NCBI GenBank assembly: GCA_951406725.2
Contig: OX597816.1
Span: 68,076,001-68,140,000, forward strand
Length of the DNA stretch: 64,000 bases
Direction: 5' to 3'
Source: Octopus vulgaris
Lineage: Eukaryota
Both the position numbers and the translations under genes were made by a program. Below, piece by piece: positions 40,544 to 55,817 of this stretch. Numbering within the stretch: position 1 is the stretch's first letter; each line of letters begins with the position of its first letter. Below the pieces are notes generated by a model. The model was not told where the DNA came from. It worked only from the letters and a program-made list of their open reading frames with translations, and made no database searches.

Positions 40544-40948
40544 CGCAGGAGTGGCTGTGTGGTAAGTAGCTTGCTAACCAACCACATGGTTCCGGGTTCA
40601 GTCCCACTGCATGGCACCTTGGGCAAGTGTCTTCTACTATAGCCTCGGGCCGACCAAAGCCTTGCGAGTGGATTTGGTAGACGGAAACTGAAAGAAGCCC
40701 GTCGTATATATGTACTTGTATGTATGTGCGTGTATGTTTGTGTGTCTGTGTTTGTCCCCCTAGCATTGTTTGACAACCGATGCTGGTGTGTTTATGTCCC
40801 CGTCACTTAGCGGTTCAGCAAAAGAGACCGAGAGAATAAGTACTGGGCTTACAAAGAATAAGTCCCGGGGTCGAGTTGCTCGATTAAAGGCGGTGCACTA
40901 GCATGGCCGCAGTCAAAATGACTGAAACAAGTAGAAAGAGAAAGAAAG
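40542..40948 (+). mobile_element. SINE family B, full length
   Basis: Full family B copy flanked by (TA)n. Confidence 0.9.
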
Positions 40949-41029
40949 ATATATATATATATATATATATATATAACATACAGTTAGACCAAGGTTGTTA
41001 CAATATTTTTCTTCTTCATACACACAAAT

Positions 41030-41113
<84 letters not shown>

Positions 41114-41139
41114 TTATTAATCTTATAAGATTTTTAGAA

Positions 41140-42640
41140 TATATTTAATAATTAGTGCTTTTTAATCATTTAAATAATTTAATTTATTTTGTATTAAGTT
41201 TCATTTATCATAGTTATTTTATTAATAAATATTATAGTATAGTGACTCCATTCTATTTACAATGATAAACAAATAATTTTCCCATTCACAATCTTTAATA
41301 AAACGTAGGTTCCTCACGCGTAATGAATTCTTCAACAATTTATTCTTTTTTTTGCTAATAACGTAATTCCACGAGTATTCTTATAAACGCTGTAAAAGAC
41401 GTTTTCCGATTCAAAATTTTAGTTCATTGTTAAACCTCGCTAAGATAAGTATGTATTTATTTAAGATCTTCAAATTGTAAATTTTAATATTGTATAAGCC
41501 TTTGGAGTAATAATATTCTCCTTATGTAAATATCGTTGTTTATGTAATGATCTAATTATCGTAATTTTCTATATTATTAGATATTAAATTTAAGCTTATT
41601 CGTAAGATACTTCTTAGCGATAGATTTGTTATTTGATAGCAAGCATACGAGGTGTATTAAGTTAGGCTTTGTATATACATGTTTTAATAGTATTAATTGT
41701 AGTTTTAAATTTATAATTAAATTAGATAAACTTTGATAAACTTAGATATATTTCGACTAAAGATTGGTCCAGGCCATGTCTAATTTAATAGCATAACTTA
41801 GTTATTTCTTTAAATTTATATTCGATAATTATTCCCATTGATAATTATATTTATAGCATTTATAGTATTTATTCGATACTATATTACTACGAATTGATTA
41901 TTTCTAAAAGTATTTTACATAAGATTTCCGAAAGTTCGTTTAAGTTAGTTTATTTGTATTTTGAAATTAGCTATTTCATCTTTAAATATGAAAAATTAAA
42001 TTTATTAGGTTTTTATTATATGTGCATATACAATTATTTATAGAGATTATTTTAGATCTTAATTATAATATTTATATACATTTATATATTTTCATTGATA
42101 ATTTATATATATTAGTCATTTTAAATATTTATGTAATTAGATATAGACTAATATTGATATTAGATTATGGGTGGGTTTCCTACCTTATAAATTAAAATTA
42201 ATATTTAACATTATAGTCGATTTGGATATAATAATAATTGTTAAGTTCTATGTCTCTAGTTTGATAATAGAGTTTATTATAAGTAAAATTATTATATTAT
42301 ATATATTATTTATATCTTAAAAATATTGTTTAAATATTTCTGATTATATTTTAGATATTTCAATCACCTGAAGATTGACTGTAACTCGAATTTTTACGAA
42401 TTGGACAGCCATGAAACGATCGTAGTGTTATACTCATTATCTTTTTTTAATAATTTTGATATATATTTAAAATAATATAAATTAATTAATCTTATGTATT
42501 GGCTTAAGTTTTTCATTGTATGATTTGCCTAATAGTGGTTTTATCTCTAATTTAATATAATATAATATTTTACTATAAAATTGGATTCAAACCTAAATCT
42601 GATTTTTCCCTGTAAGTTTGGATTTATTCCCTAATATTTT
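41140..42640 (+). mobile_element. Highly decayed AT-rich retroelement, probably Penelope-like
   Basis: A 1.5-kb non-microsatellite block bounded by (TA)n, with a hammerhead motif near its 3' end. A shorter derivative lies at 3925-4150. No intact ORF. Confidence 0.4.
42365..42427 (+). ncRNA. Minimal type I hammerhead ribozyme motif (paralog of 3954)
   Basis: cac-CTGAAGA-ttgactgt...acagccat-GAAAC-GATC-GTA-gtg. It lies in an ~210-bp segment (42350-42560) nearly identical to 3940-4150. Confidence 0.6.
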
Positions 42641-42642
42641 AT

Positions 42643-42673
<31 letters not shown>

Positions 42674-43885
42674 ATATGTTTATGTGTCTGTGTTTGTCCC
42701 CACCCCCAATATCGCTTGACAACCAATGCTGGTATGCTTACGTTCCCGTAACTTATCGGTTCGGCAAAAGAGACCGATAGAATAAGTACTAGGTTTACAA
42801 AGAATAAGTCCTGGGATCGATTTGTTCAACTAAAGGCGGTGCTCCAGCATGGACACAGTCACATGACTGAAACAAGTAAAAGAATATATATATATAAAGA
42901 AGCATTAGTTATAGAACAAACATTAAATTTCGGTGAACGACTTAGCATACAACACTAACCCTCAAACATTTAATCATATATAAAAAAAAACACCATGGTC
43001 TACAAACACTTAAAAAATAATGCATATACATAAAATCACAGAATGTAAAAAATATATATACTAATAAAATATTAATAAAACGGCTTATCAAAAGTTAAAT
43101 ATAACGACTAAAAATTCAAAACTGTCAAAAAGCCTAATGGACAATATAAAATAAAGATAAAAATAAAATAAGTGTCCACCGACTAAAAAGATTTTATCAG
43201 ACGATTATAATATTTAAAAAAATTATATAAAAAAAAAAGAAACAGTCTTTTACTTCTCTCACACAGGTACGTCCAAATTTCTTATGTAAGCAGACTTCCA
43301 CAGCTCAAATTCACATTCCTCTTGAAAAAAGCCTTTTACTCCCCTCACACAAATACGTTCAAAGTTCATAATAAACACATATCACCGGTCAAATTCAACA
43401 TTTACATATATCTTTGGCCATTTTGGATGCTCATCACCGCAGTTCATTTACACTAAAGTGCATCACGGCGATGACCCCTTCATCAGGATAACCATGAAAC
43501 ATGCACAGATCAGATCTTTTATGTGAATATGATTAATATTTTTCTTTAAGTTCTGACATAGTTTTCTATTAGACTTATCTTTGTTTTTCCCTTCAATTTG
43601 TTTTCTAAAATAAATTTCATTGGGCCCTAGGATTCATAATTCCAATCGCTCGATTTTCCACGACATATAAGTGATCGAGATTACAACACTTCCATAGAAC
43701 GGGACGCCGGTCCATCGCAGTGTTACTTATTTACGGATGAGCAAACTAGAGGAATGCGAAATGAAGTGTTTCGTTCAAGAACACAACACACCGACAAGGA
43801 AAATGCCATTTGTATTTGAACACTATACAAATATTTAAAAAAGCAAACTTTTCTTTTAATTTTCTCTGAATTTAATTGTTTAATT

Positions 43886-43929
43886 GTTACAGTTGAAAAA
43901 GTCTCAATGACTGGAACCGGTACTGAAAT
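43886..43929 (+). ncRNA. Diverged U3-A8 hammerhead motif
   Basis: cag-TTGAAAA-agtc-tcaat-gact-GGAAC-CG-GTA-ctg. Stem II has a compensatory G-C to A-U change; the GAAA to GGAA change probably inactivates it. Confidence 0.45.
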
Positions 43930-43979
43930 TGTTTTTATAAAATTATTTTAGCATTTTCTATCTGGACACTGTTTTTTCC

Positions 43980-44757
<778 letters not shown>

Positions 44758-44809
44758 ATATATATATATATATATTGTATATATATATATATGTATATAA
44801 TATATATAT

Positions 44810-44840
<31 letters not shown>

Positions 44841-44878
44841 ATTATATGTATATATATATGTATATATATATGTATATA

Positions 44879-44915
<37 letters not shown>

Positions 44916-45799
44916 CATATATATATTATGTATATATATATATTATGTATATATATATATATATTATATATATTATATATATAAGTAACCATATGGTTAT
45001 ATGGTTACTTATACTCTTTATATTATAAGGTTACTTATATTCTTATATGGTTACCTATAGTTCTTCGTTGTTTAAACTTCAGGAATAAGTGACCAGTTTC
45101 GCCGCAGATACATTGTTTAGAATAAAATTGTTTGCGTAAATTTAAATTTAAATGCTAATTTAAAGCCATAACTACAAAATCGTTCTCATTAAGGCTCAAA
45201 TTAAACTATAATTACTTCAAATGTGAAACATTTGGTATAAGATTCATTGATTTAAAACGAGTACAGAAGCAGAATTGTAAATGTTTTTGCGAAGTATCAT
45301 TTAAGGTTTCGGGTTGAGTCTTGTCTTGCAGAAATTTAGGTAACTAAATATAATTTTCAAATTATATCTTCGGCCTGTTAATGCGGGATTCACTACTCGT
45401 TGAGTAATTATTACATCAGAGGATCTGCTAGCCAGGAGACATATGTAGCCTGGATTTTACCTGTCCCACTCCCTCAATTTGGATTTTTATTCGCATTTAT
45501 AGCAACTCAAGTTGCAAACCGTGAGCTATAAAAAAAAAAAACAAAAAAACTTTCAGCTTATCGATCTTCGATATGGTAAAAGCCTACTACCTTCGATGCC
45601 AATGAATTTTTATTGTTCCTGAACGTTACTTTTTATACCTATCATGGACTGCTCGAAGCTTACAAACATCCTACGCTTACATCCTTGGATCTTATAATTA
45701 CACACACACATACGCACGCACATTTACATACGTACATACATACATACATACATACTCGAAGCGACAAGTCGCGTATTTGGCGTGGTGGTGGGACTATCT

Positions 45800-46270
45800 A
45801 TCGAAAATAGGATGAATACTATCTCCAACTTTGGGGCCACAACTATCAGCCTTGTTAAATAACTGGTTAATCTTCAGATGAATCAACTGAGGGAGCCTTT
45901 CATTCATGATCGTAGTGATTTTCGACTGAAACTTGAATTTACTATGCAGAGAGTTACTACAAACAACATGGCTGGACACAATATCAATAACAACTCGATC
46001 GAGGAACAGAACGAAAACAACAGCTCAACGGGTAAATAATTTCTTTCTAGCTGTAGTTATAGAAGAAACAGTGATTACAAAATTCATTTCTCGTGGAATT
46101 ATGAATTAAATAATGATCTATTTAACTGTTATGAAGAAACGAAACAAAACTCTGCTGTTGGCTATATGAATCGATTGAAATCATATTGGGACGATCTGCG
46201 CCCAGAATTAAATCATTTTACTGTGAAGCAACTTTACCAACAAGCAACATTTGTAGAACATAAGAAGAAA
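45800..46270 (+). mobile_element. Decayed N-terminal fragment of an R4/Dong-like ORF
   Basis: GYMNRLKSYWDDLRPELNHFTVKQLYQQATFVE resembles the N-terminal domain of RLE-type elements, from memory. Confidence 0.45.
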
Positions 46271-47125
46271 GTTAGTGACTGTTAGTGACTTTGCCTTTCA
46301 TCCTTTCGGAGTCGATGGAAAAAGAAGAAAAAAGGTATTAGTCGAGCACTGGGGGTCAATGTAATAGACTAGTTTCCTGGTCTCCAAAACTTCAGGCCTT
46401 GTGCCTACAGTAGAAAGGATGCTCCTCCTCCTCCTCCCCCCTCCCCCTCCCCCTCCCCTCCTCCCCTCCCCACCTCCTCATCTCTGTAGACCTGAGCGGC
46501 AAGAGCAACAAAAGTATTCATTGTGTATTAGCTGGACTAATTGAGGAAATGAATAACAACAATTAGCAACCGTTTCAGCAAGCTAACGAGCTACACAATA
46601 TAACTCGATTACTTCATAAATTAATACGTAAATTAATAGGCTAGGATTTCGCCATTAAGATAATCTACTTGAAAATGTCACAGATAATGTATCTTACAAT
46701 ACGACTGAAGTCTTTTTTTCATGTGGTAGCAGTATAAGTGTTCATACCACTAGCACCACCACCACTAATTTCTAATCTAGGTACAAGGCCACACATTTTG
46801 ATGATTGAAGGGGTACGTAGCAGATTAAAACGATTTCCTTATTTGACTTGGTATTTATTTTGAGCAATCCCTGAAGAATGAAAGGAAAAGCTGACCTCTG
46901 TGGAATTGAATTAAGAATGAAAAGGGAGGTAATTAAATAATGCAGCCTATTTCGTTAGTCCTTTACACATTCTATCATCGGTCGCTATGCAATTAATGAT
47001 CCTCTTAACAATAGGCACAAGAGTTGAAATTCCGGGGCAAGTGACTGTCGATTACAGCGACTCCGAAGAATGAAAGTCGATCGCATTTTGCCCGGCGTGC
47101 TAACGTTTCTGCCGACTTGCCGCGT

Positions 47126-48086
<961 letters not shown>

Positions 48087-48090
48087 AATG

Positions 48091-48157
<67 letters not shown>

Positions 48158-48158
<1 letters not shown>

Positions 48159-48551
48159 CCTTTCTACTACAGACACAAGGCCTGAAATTTTGTGGGAGGG
48201 GCCAGTCGATTAGACCGACCTCAGTACGCAACTGGTACTTAATTTATCGACGCCGAAAGGATGAAACGCAAAGTCGACCTCAGTGGAATTTGAACTCAGA
48301 ATGTAACGACATGAAATACCTATTTCTTTACTACCCACAAGGGGCTAAACACAGAAGGGACAAGCAAGGACAGACAAACGGATTAAGTCGATTACATCGA
48401 CTCCAGTGCGTAACTGGTACTTATTTAATCAACCCCGAAAGGATGAAAGGCAAAGTCGACCTCGGCGGAATTTGAACTCAGAATGTAACGGCTGACGAAA
48501 TACTGCTAAGCATTTCGCCCGGCATGCTAACGTTTCTGCCAGTTCGCCGCA
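48158..48551 (-). mobile_element. SINE family A, two-unit copy within (AAT)n
   Basis: Family A head and two cores, flanked by (AAT)n on both sides. Confidence 0.85.
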
Positions 48552-48555
48552 TTAT

Positions 48556-48613
<58 letters not shown>

Positions 48614-48733
48614 TAATAATATTTAAAAAGGATTGACGTAACTTTTCACAAAGGTAAATAGACAATACAAAGAGCGCGATGCGATTGCAATAAATATTTT
48701 AGTGGTTGAACGACATTTCGACAGCTAGCTCGT

Positions 48734-49047
48734 TTTTGTTGAGTTCAAAGTGAACAGTGATACATAAAAATCCAAAATTATAGAAATTCAAGCCCAAAAT
48801 ATGAACGAGATCATCCAGCGTCCCCACGTTGATGGAATGACATTATCAGTCTTCAATTTTCAAGTTTACAACTGGCAAAAAGAAAAATAAAGATAAAAAG
48901 AGAGAAAAAGTTGTAAACTTGGAAATTGAAGACTGATGATGTCATTTCATCAACGTGGGGACGCTGGATGCTCTCGTTCATATTTTGGGTTTAAATTTCT
49001 AGAATTTTGAATTTTTATGTAACATTTTCCATTTTGAACTCATCAAA
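48734..49047. repeat. ~140-bp inverted repeat with an A-rich spacer
   Basis: catccagcgtccccacgttgatg...aagtttacaact / agttgtaaactt...catcaacgtggggacgctggatg. Confidence 0.9.
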
Positions 49048-49049
49048 GA

Positions 49050-49862
49050 TGTAACAGCCGATACAGACTTTGTGGAGTTCACACTGAAGATATCACCCAC
49101 ATCATAAGCAGTTGTCCGAAAATGTCATCATGGTGTTATCTACCGATGGGACATGATATTGTAGGGAGGACGCTGTATAATGAAATCCGTTGGAAGGATT
49201 ACCCCGAGGACAAAGAAGTAAGAACTTACAGTATAGTAGAAACCATAGTCACACATAATAAAAAGGAGTGCTGGTGGAATGTACCAGTGAAAACAATAAA
49301 ATGTAAACACAATAGACCGGAAATAATGATTTGGGATAGAAGAAAGAAACTGTGCACAGTTGTGGAAATCTGCTGCCCAGCGGATGTTAACATAAAGCTG
49401 AAGATCAGTTAAAAAGCGAATACCTACGCTGAACTATTGAAAAATATGCAGTTACTCTACCCAGGTTACAAGTTCAAGTTTATACTTGTAATTATTGGGG
49501 CACTGGGATATGTAACATACTGCCTAAATACCAATCTTGAGAAATTAGGCTTCTCAAAACCAGAAAGGAGAAAGGTAATTCGAAGACTACAGATTCAAAC
49601 CATCATTGGAACTGTAAAACTCTGTAAAACTTTCCAGAAATTTATCATTTAAGTATATATGAGCATGTTTAGACATGCAATTATATACATGCGAATACTT
49701 ACATAAAACAAAACATACAAAACTACACGCATACATATAAATATACATATATACAAAAATACTTTGATGATGTTGAAATTCCAATGAAGGTTGGATGTAG
49801 ATTAGAAACCGGTTCTTTCTCTATTGGCAAGAAATCTTGAAATAAACAGAATACATAATAAC
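49050..49862 (+). mobile_element. R4/Dong-like non-LTR retrotransposon 3' fragment (CCHC knuckle and restriction-like endonuclease)
   Basis: RLCGVHTEDITHIISSCP, KCKHNRPEIMIWD...VVEICCPAD and VIIGALG motifs; the 3' UTR ends in (ACAT)n. Confidence 0.85.
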
Positions 49863-50722
49863 ATACATACATACATACATACATACATACATACATACAT
49901 ACATACATACATACATACATACATACATACATACATACATACATAAATTCATACATAAATACATACATAGTCTACTGCTTCCGTTGAGGTAAGATCAACA
50001 AAAAAGCACTCCATCCAGTAGCTCTTATTTTTGTATAGCGTACATTAAGCGATACACTCTTACACACACGCATGCACACACGCACACGCACACACACTAA
50101 CACTATACAGAGGCATATATAAACATTACGCAGGCACACATACAATTACAGACATCATAAGTGCGTACACACACATACACACATCTACACGCATACACGC
50201 AGAGTCAGGCACACTTATACACCGATATACATCCACATACAGACGCATAGACATGCGTACAAAGACTAGATTACACACACAGACACACATACTGATATAT
50301 ACATGCATACTCAAATGCACTCACATACATACACTGGCAAGATCAAAAAACATCATTATTTAAAATAAACTGCCAAAATTGGCTCCACACCATTATAGTA
50401 AATGTCAAATTAATAAATTATAGAAATAATTAGCGATTATTGATTTCTTTTCATAAGACACAAGGTTTGGGTGAGCTTAAGTAGATTTTGGTGACCGAGT
50501 CTGCTACGAGATATTAATGTTATTTACATTTAATATACATTTCGAATATTAACAGTTAATAAATATTATATATAACATATATCTAACTTAAGCTTTATGT
50601 CGATTGGTAGTTTATCAAAATCGTGGTTTACAGTAAACCACTTTTTCGATGAATCCGATAACGGAAGAAAGAGTTAAAAATGTAAATAAAAATATAATCA
50701 TCTAATATTCAGACTACCTTGT

Positions 50723-50784
<62 letters not shown>

Positions 50785-50794
50785 ATACACATAT

Positions 50795-50990
50795 ATATGT
50801 AGTAAAGTCTATGTCCGGTCATAGAGTGACCAATGGTTTCGCATCAACAAACGAATTCCTGCCTCCCAGAGGTGAAGACTTATAATTTGTCTTTGACTTT
50901 AGAGTCTGATGAGGCGTCGATAGCGCTAAGCCCTTTGTGGATGGGAAACCATTGGTCACTCTATGACTGGACATAGACTTTACTACATAT
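50795..50990. mobile_element. MITE with ~60-bp TIRs
   Basis: atgtagtaaagtctatgtcc.gtcatagagtgaccaatggtttc / gaaaccattggtcactctatgac.ggacatagactttactacat, in a TA context. Confidence 0.85.
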
Positions 50991-51239
50991 AAATACATTA
51001 TTGCTGTATGGTTTAGAGCAGCTTTTCTCAACTGGGGATTCTCCGGAACCCTAGAGTTCCACAAAAGGTCACTGGGGGTTCCGCGAGAAAGAATGAGATA
51101 AACTAATGCTAATTTCATGATCGTAATGTTACTATACATGTACAGCATAGTATTGGTTATTGTAATATAGACATCATCCTTTCTAACCTATTATGTTATC
51201 AAAAACTGTAACAACCATATATATATATATATATATATA

Positions 51240-51870
51240 TAGTTAATCCAAACAAGAAAACACAGAAAAAAAGAGAAAAAAACAGCAACGCGAGGACGTG
51301 GAACAATTAAAGTATTATTGACGCCCAGGAAAGAAGGGAAGGAGGGTTTAACGTTTCGAGCGGAGCTCTTCGTCGGAAACAAGGAGAAGGAAAGATCCCA
51401 AGAAGGGAAGACAGAGGAAAAAATATTTTTGCTGGTGGTGCTCAAGAGATCACATGTTGAAATATATATATCTAAAGTTAATCCATGTTGATATATATAT
51501 ATCTAAAGTTAATCCAAACGTGAAAACACAAAGAGAAAACAACAACGCGAGGACGTGGAACAAGTATAGTGTTATTGGACGCTCAGGAAAGGAAGGAAAG
51601 AGAGAGGATTTTAACGTTTCGAGCGGAGCTCTTCGTCAGGAACAGGAAAGGGAAAGATCCAAGGAAGGGAAGATGGAGGAAAAAAATCGCCAACGGTACA
51701 CACGCGGTCACATTTTGAATATATATATATATGTATATATATAGAGTTAAAATTTATAGAAGAACAAAAGACGAAGCCAAGTGTATGAACAGCAAACAAG
51801 TGTATTAGTTTGACGCTCAGGAAAGTGAGAATGTCTTTACGTTTCAACAGAAAAGAATAAGAGAAACACA
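51240..51870 (-). mobile_element. Three tandem diverged copies of a TA-embedded repeat (Penelope-like terminal repeat fragments)
   Basis: The motif aagttaatccaaac...aacgcgaggacgtggaacaa...gacgctcagga...aacgtttcgagcggagctcttcgtc recurs at 51240 and 51505, with a related unit at 51745. Relatives at 38780-38865 and 58755-58930. Confidence 0.55.
51609..51643 (-). ncRNA. Hammerhead-like motif in a dispersed Penelope-like repeat
   Basis: Minus strand: CTGACGA-A-gagc-tcc-gctc-GAAAC-GTTA. Related copies at 51347-51380 and 58841-58875; stem I is weak. Confidence 0.35.
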
Positions 51871-52153
51871 CACACACACACACGCATATATTTACCACGT
51901 GAGTACGATGAAAAAATTTGAGAAAGATATGGTATATAATTCTTTCTGTGCAGGGGTTCCTTGAGGCGTAATTTATTTTAAGTGTTACGCAAGGACAAAC
52001 GGGTTGAGAAGCACTGGTTTAGAGTGTGCTTCCTTTTCAGCTATATGATACATTGACGATATATATTTATATATATATATATAAATATGTGTGTGTGCAC
52101 GCTCGTGCGCGTGTGTGTACATATATATATATGTATATGCATGCACACACACA

Positions 52154-52249
<96 letters not shown>

Positions 52250-52253
52250 GCTG

Positions 52254-52558
52254 TGGAGGCGCAATGGCCCAGTGGTTAGGGCAGCAGACTCGCGGTCGTA
52301 GGATCATGGTTTTGATTCCCAGACCGGGCGTTGTGAGTGTTTATTGAGCGAAAACACCTAAAAGCTCCACGTGGCTCCGGCAGAGGTGGTTGTGATCCCT
52401 GCTGTACTCTTTCACCACAACTTTCTCACATTCTTTCTTCTGTTGGCCTGCTCGCTTCGCCAGCGGGGTGGCGTTATTCGAAGGCTAAAACAATGCGATC
52501 GCATTGTGACCAGCGATGTGTTGCAACATCTGATGGTCTGATCGGTCACGTGATGTGA
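52254..52558 (+). mobile_element. SINE family C
   Basis: Close match to 44454-44757; a third, chimeric copy lies at 39203-39410. Confidence 0.85.
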
Positions 52559-52562
52559 TATA

Positions 52563-53791
52563 TCAGACTAAGTAAAAAGTAAGCAACGCTTTGAACCATG
52601 AAGAATTTGTACCGGAGTTTTGCAGAGTTTGGGATTTTCTTTAAACAATTTTTTGCAATTGTCTGATAATACAGACATAGACTTCCCGTAGTGTAACTTT
52701 CGATGAAAAGCGCGATATTCGAGCAATTTTGTTATTCAACTTACAAAAAAGGATGTAAAGCAACTGAAACTGCTCGCGATATCAACGAAGCGTTTGATGA
52801 AGAAATGACTAGTGAGTGGTCAGCTCGAAAATGGCTTAAACGATTTTGCAGTAGAGACCCGAGCCTTGAAGATCGTGAGCGTAGTGGACGCTCATCTGTC
52901 ATCGATGACGGCTTGTTAAAGACCGTCATTGAGAAAGATTCACGTAAAACCACTCGAGAACTGGCAAAAGAACTTCAAGTGCGCCAGAAAACTGCCTGCA
53001 ACCATTTGCATGCAATCGGGAAATAAAAAAAAAATGACTTGACAAATGGGTACAATACGATTTGAATGAAAATCAGAAAATGCGCAGATATGAAATTTCT
53101 TCGTCGCTTCTTCTCCGTTACCAGATCGATCCATTTTTCGACCGTAGATGGAAAATAGATTCTGTACAGTAATAAAAAACGTTCTTCGCAGTGGTTGGAC
53201 CAAAATAGAACACCGACAACGTTCCTTAAACTCAAGGTCTTCGAAAAGAAGGTTATGGTAACTGTTTGATGGTGTACTGCTGGACCAATTCACTATAACT
53301 TCTTAAAACCCAGAAAAAACATTACTGCAGAAACATTGCCATGAAATTGCCAAAATGAATGAAAAACTGCTAGTCCTCCATCCCAGACTGCTCAACAGAA
53401 GAGAGCCAATCATTCTTCATGACAATGCTCGGCCACACGTTTCACTAATGACGCTCCAGAAATTGAGGGAACTTGACTACAAAGTCCCCCCCCCCAGCTT
53501 ATTCCACAGATCTTTCTCCTCCCGACTATTACTTTTTCAAGCACCTTGATAGTTTCCTGCAAGAGAAGGAGTCAAAAAATCAAACCGATGCTGAAAGTGC
53601 GTTCAAAGAGATCATCAGCTACCGAACTCCAGAATTTTATGTTACCGGAATATACAAACTTGTAACTCGTTGGCAAAAATATGTTAATTGTAATGGTACT
53701 TACTTTAATGAATAAAATTTCCGCATTGCTGAAATAAATTGTAATGAATTTTATCTTTCAAAACCTGGCTTACTTCTTTTACTCAGCCTGA
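52563..53791 (+). mobile_element. Full-length decayed mariner (~1.23 kb), transposase pseudogene
   Basis: HTH region (ATETARDINEAF...LEDRERSGR), LHDNARPH and YSTDLSPPDYYFF motifs spread over stops and frameshifts; imperfect TIRs; TA flanks. Confidence 0.92.
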
Positions 53792-53894
53792 TATATATGT
53801 CATATACATTTAATATAACGTGATATAATCTATTTATACTTGCTGTTTAGTTATATTTAATATTTGGTTATCATTGATAAAGATATCTTTTATT

Positions 53895-54106
53895 TTTGTC
53901 TTGTTTCAGCTGTTTCTGGAGCACCGCCTCGAAAGGTTGAGCCGAACAAATCTAACTTAGTACTACTTTTCAAGCCTGGTCCTTTCTATCGGGCTCTTTT
54001 GCCGAAACTCTAAGTTACCGAGACGTAAACAAATTAGTACGGGTGGTTAAGCGGTGATTGTGGGGAGAGACACAAAGATAAACGGATAGACAGAAGGAGA
54101 GAGAGA

Positions 54107-54143
<37 letters not shown>

Positions 54144-54262
54144 GGACACACACACATAACGGACGTCTATCAGTTTCCTTCTACCAAATTCACTCACAAG
54201 GCTTTGGTGGGTTCGAGGTGCCACGCAGTGGGACTGAACCCGAAACCTTGTGGTTGGGAAGT
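53895..54262 (-). mobile_element. SINE family B, diverged
   Basis: Reverse-complement match. Other partial copies at 33950-34083, 38922-39062, 42660-42885 and 56830-56965. Confidence 0.7.
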
Positions 54263-54699
54263 AAATATTAAATATTACCATATTTAAAATATATTCAATA
54301 TATATTGTATATATTTAATATATATTATGATAAACTATATATTATAAATGATATGTTTATTAAACTTTTACAAGAGGAGAAGCGACAGACTGACTGATGA
54401 AGGCTAGCGAGTCGAAACCGCAACAAAACATAAACTTGTGTGTGTGTGTATGTGTGTGTGTGTGTGTGAATATCGTTGATAACTGAGAAATTATCAAATA
54501 ATTAATAAAACGTGGCAATGTGGGTGGTCGGTAGGTAATTTATGACTAAGCACAGAACTCTCCAGAATTATGTAAACGGGTGTGAAACAAAAATTAATCT
54601 AATTTATAAACAGTAAATATAACTACGTTATAATTATTGCGTTTGTATGTCCCGGTCTATAAAACCTAGAGTAACGTGCAATTATTTTTCTTTCTAATA

Positions 54700-55145
54700 A
54701 AGGTACAGAGCTTGAAATTTTGGGAGAGGCGCAATTTGATTACATTGACTCCGGTGCTTAAATCGTACTTATTCTATCGACCACGAAACAATAAAAGACA
54801 GATTCGACTCGGCGGAGTTTGAGCTCTAAACGTAAAGTCGGACGAAGTACCTATTTCTTTACTACCCACAAGGGGCTAAACACAGAGGGGACAAACAAGG
54901 GCAGACAAACGGATTAAGTCGATTAAATCGACCCCAGTGTGTAACTGGTACTTAATTTATCGACCCCGAAAGGATAGGCAAAGTCGACCTCGGCGGAATT
55001 TGAAATCAGAACGTAACGGCAGACGAAATACGGCTACGCATTTCGCCCGGCGTGCTAACGTTTCTGCCAGCTCGCCGCCTTTTAAGTCGGACGAAGTACC
55101 GCTAAACATTTTGTTCGGTGTGCGAACGATTCTGTCAACTCGCTA
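54700..55145 (-). mobile_element. Young family A SINE (54852-55080) nested in an older family A copy
   Basis: The 17-bp direct repeat aagtcggacgaagtacc at 54835-54851 and 55084-55100 flanks the young copy. Confidence 0.85.
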
Positions 55146-55372
55146 TCTATACAGTTAAATAGAATTTGAGAAATATTTGCTGCTATTTTTAGCAGGCAGA
55201 TTGGCAGCAAAATGTAAGCTCTTCTATAAAATATACCTGTATATACTTGTCACTTAATATATGAGGGTTGTAGGTCATTAGGAAAGTTTGGACGCCAGAC
55301 AAAAGACATTTGCGATATTTAATATATTTTGCGTACGTGAATTGGTACACAGAAACTGTTGGGAAGCCCGTC

Positions 55373-55420
<48 letters not shown>

Positions 55421-55817
55421 GTATATGCACATATATATGTGTGTCTCTGTGTGTGAGGTGTGTGTGTTTGTGTGTGTACGTATATGCCTACAAGTACATA
55501 CATATTTGTAGCTATATGTTTGAAAACGTGTGAAAAATGGGGCCTGCATTTATGCCCCATGCCTTAACGAAACGATAAATAGACGTCATTAAATTAAGTA
55601 CCAAACTCGAAATAAAATTATTATATGCTTGACTAAATGCCCTTTCAGACAGTTCCAAAGTACGGCCGTAGTATATTGATCGAAGGAAGTAAGAGGAAAT
55701 CCATCCATTCATATGCATACATACACATGTACACACATATATATTTACATATATAAACGCATATGCACGCTGCATATATATATATATTTATCGTGAAGAA
55801 TATTTGTTACCTAAATG

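Noticed and set aside
50906-50935. CTGATGAGGCG... in the MITE loop as a hammerhead
   Set aside because: No GAAA follows the potential stem II.
54394-54425. CTGATGA-aggctagcgagtc-GAAACCG; similarly 50642-50680
   Set aside because: The first has no NUH triplet or stem I and the second has an altered core; at best dead remnants, so not listed as features.
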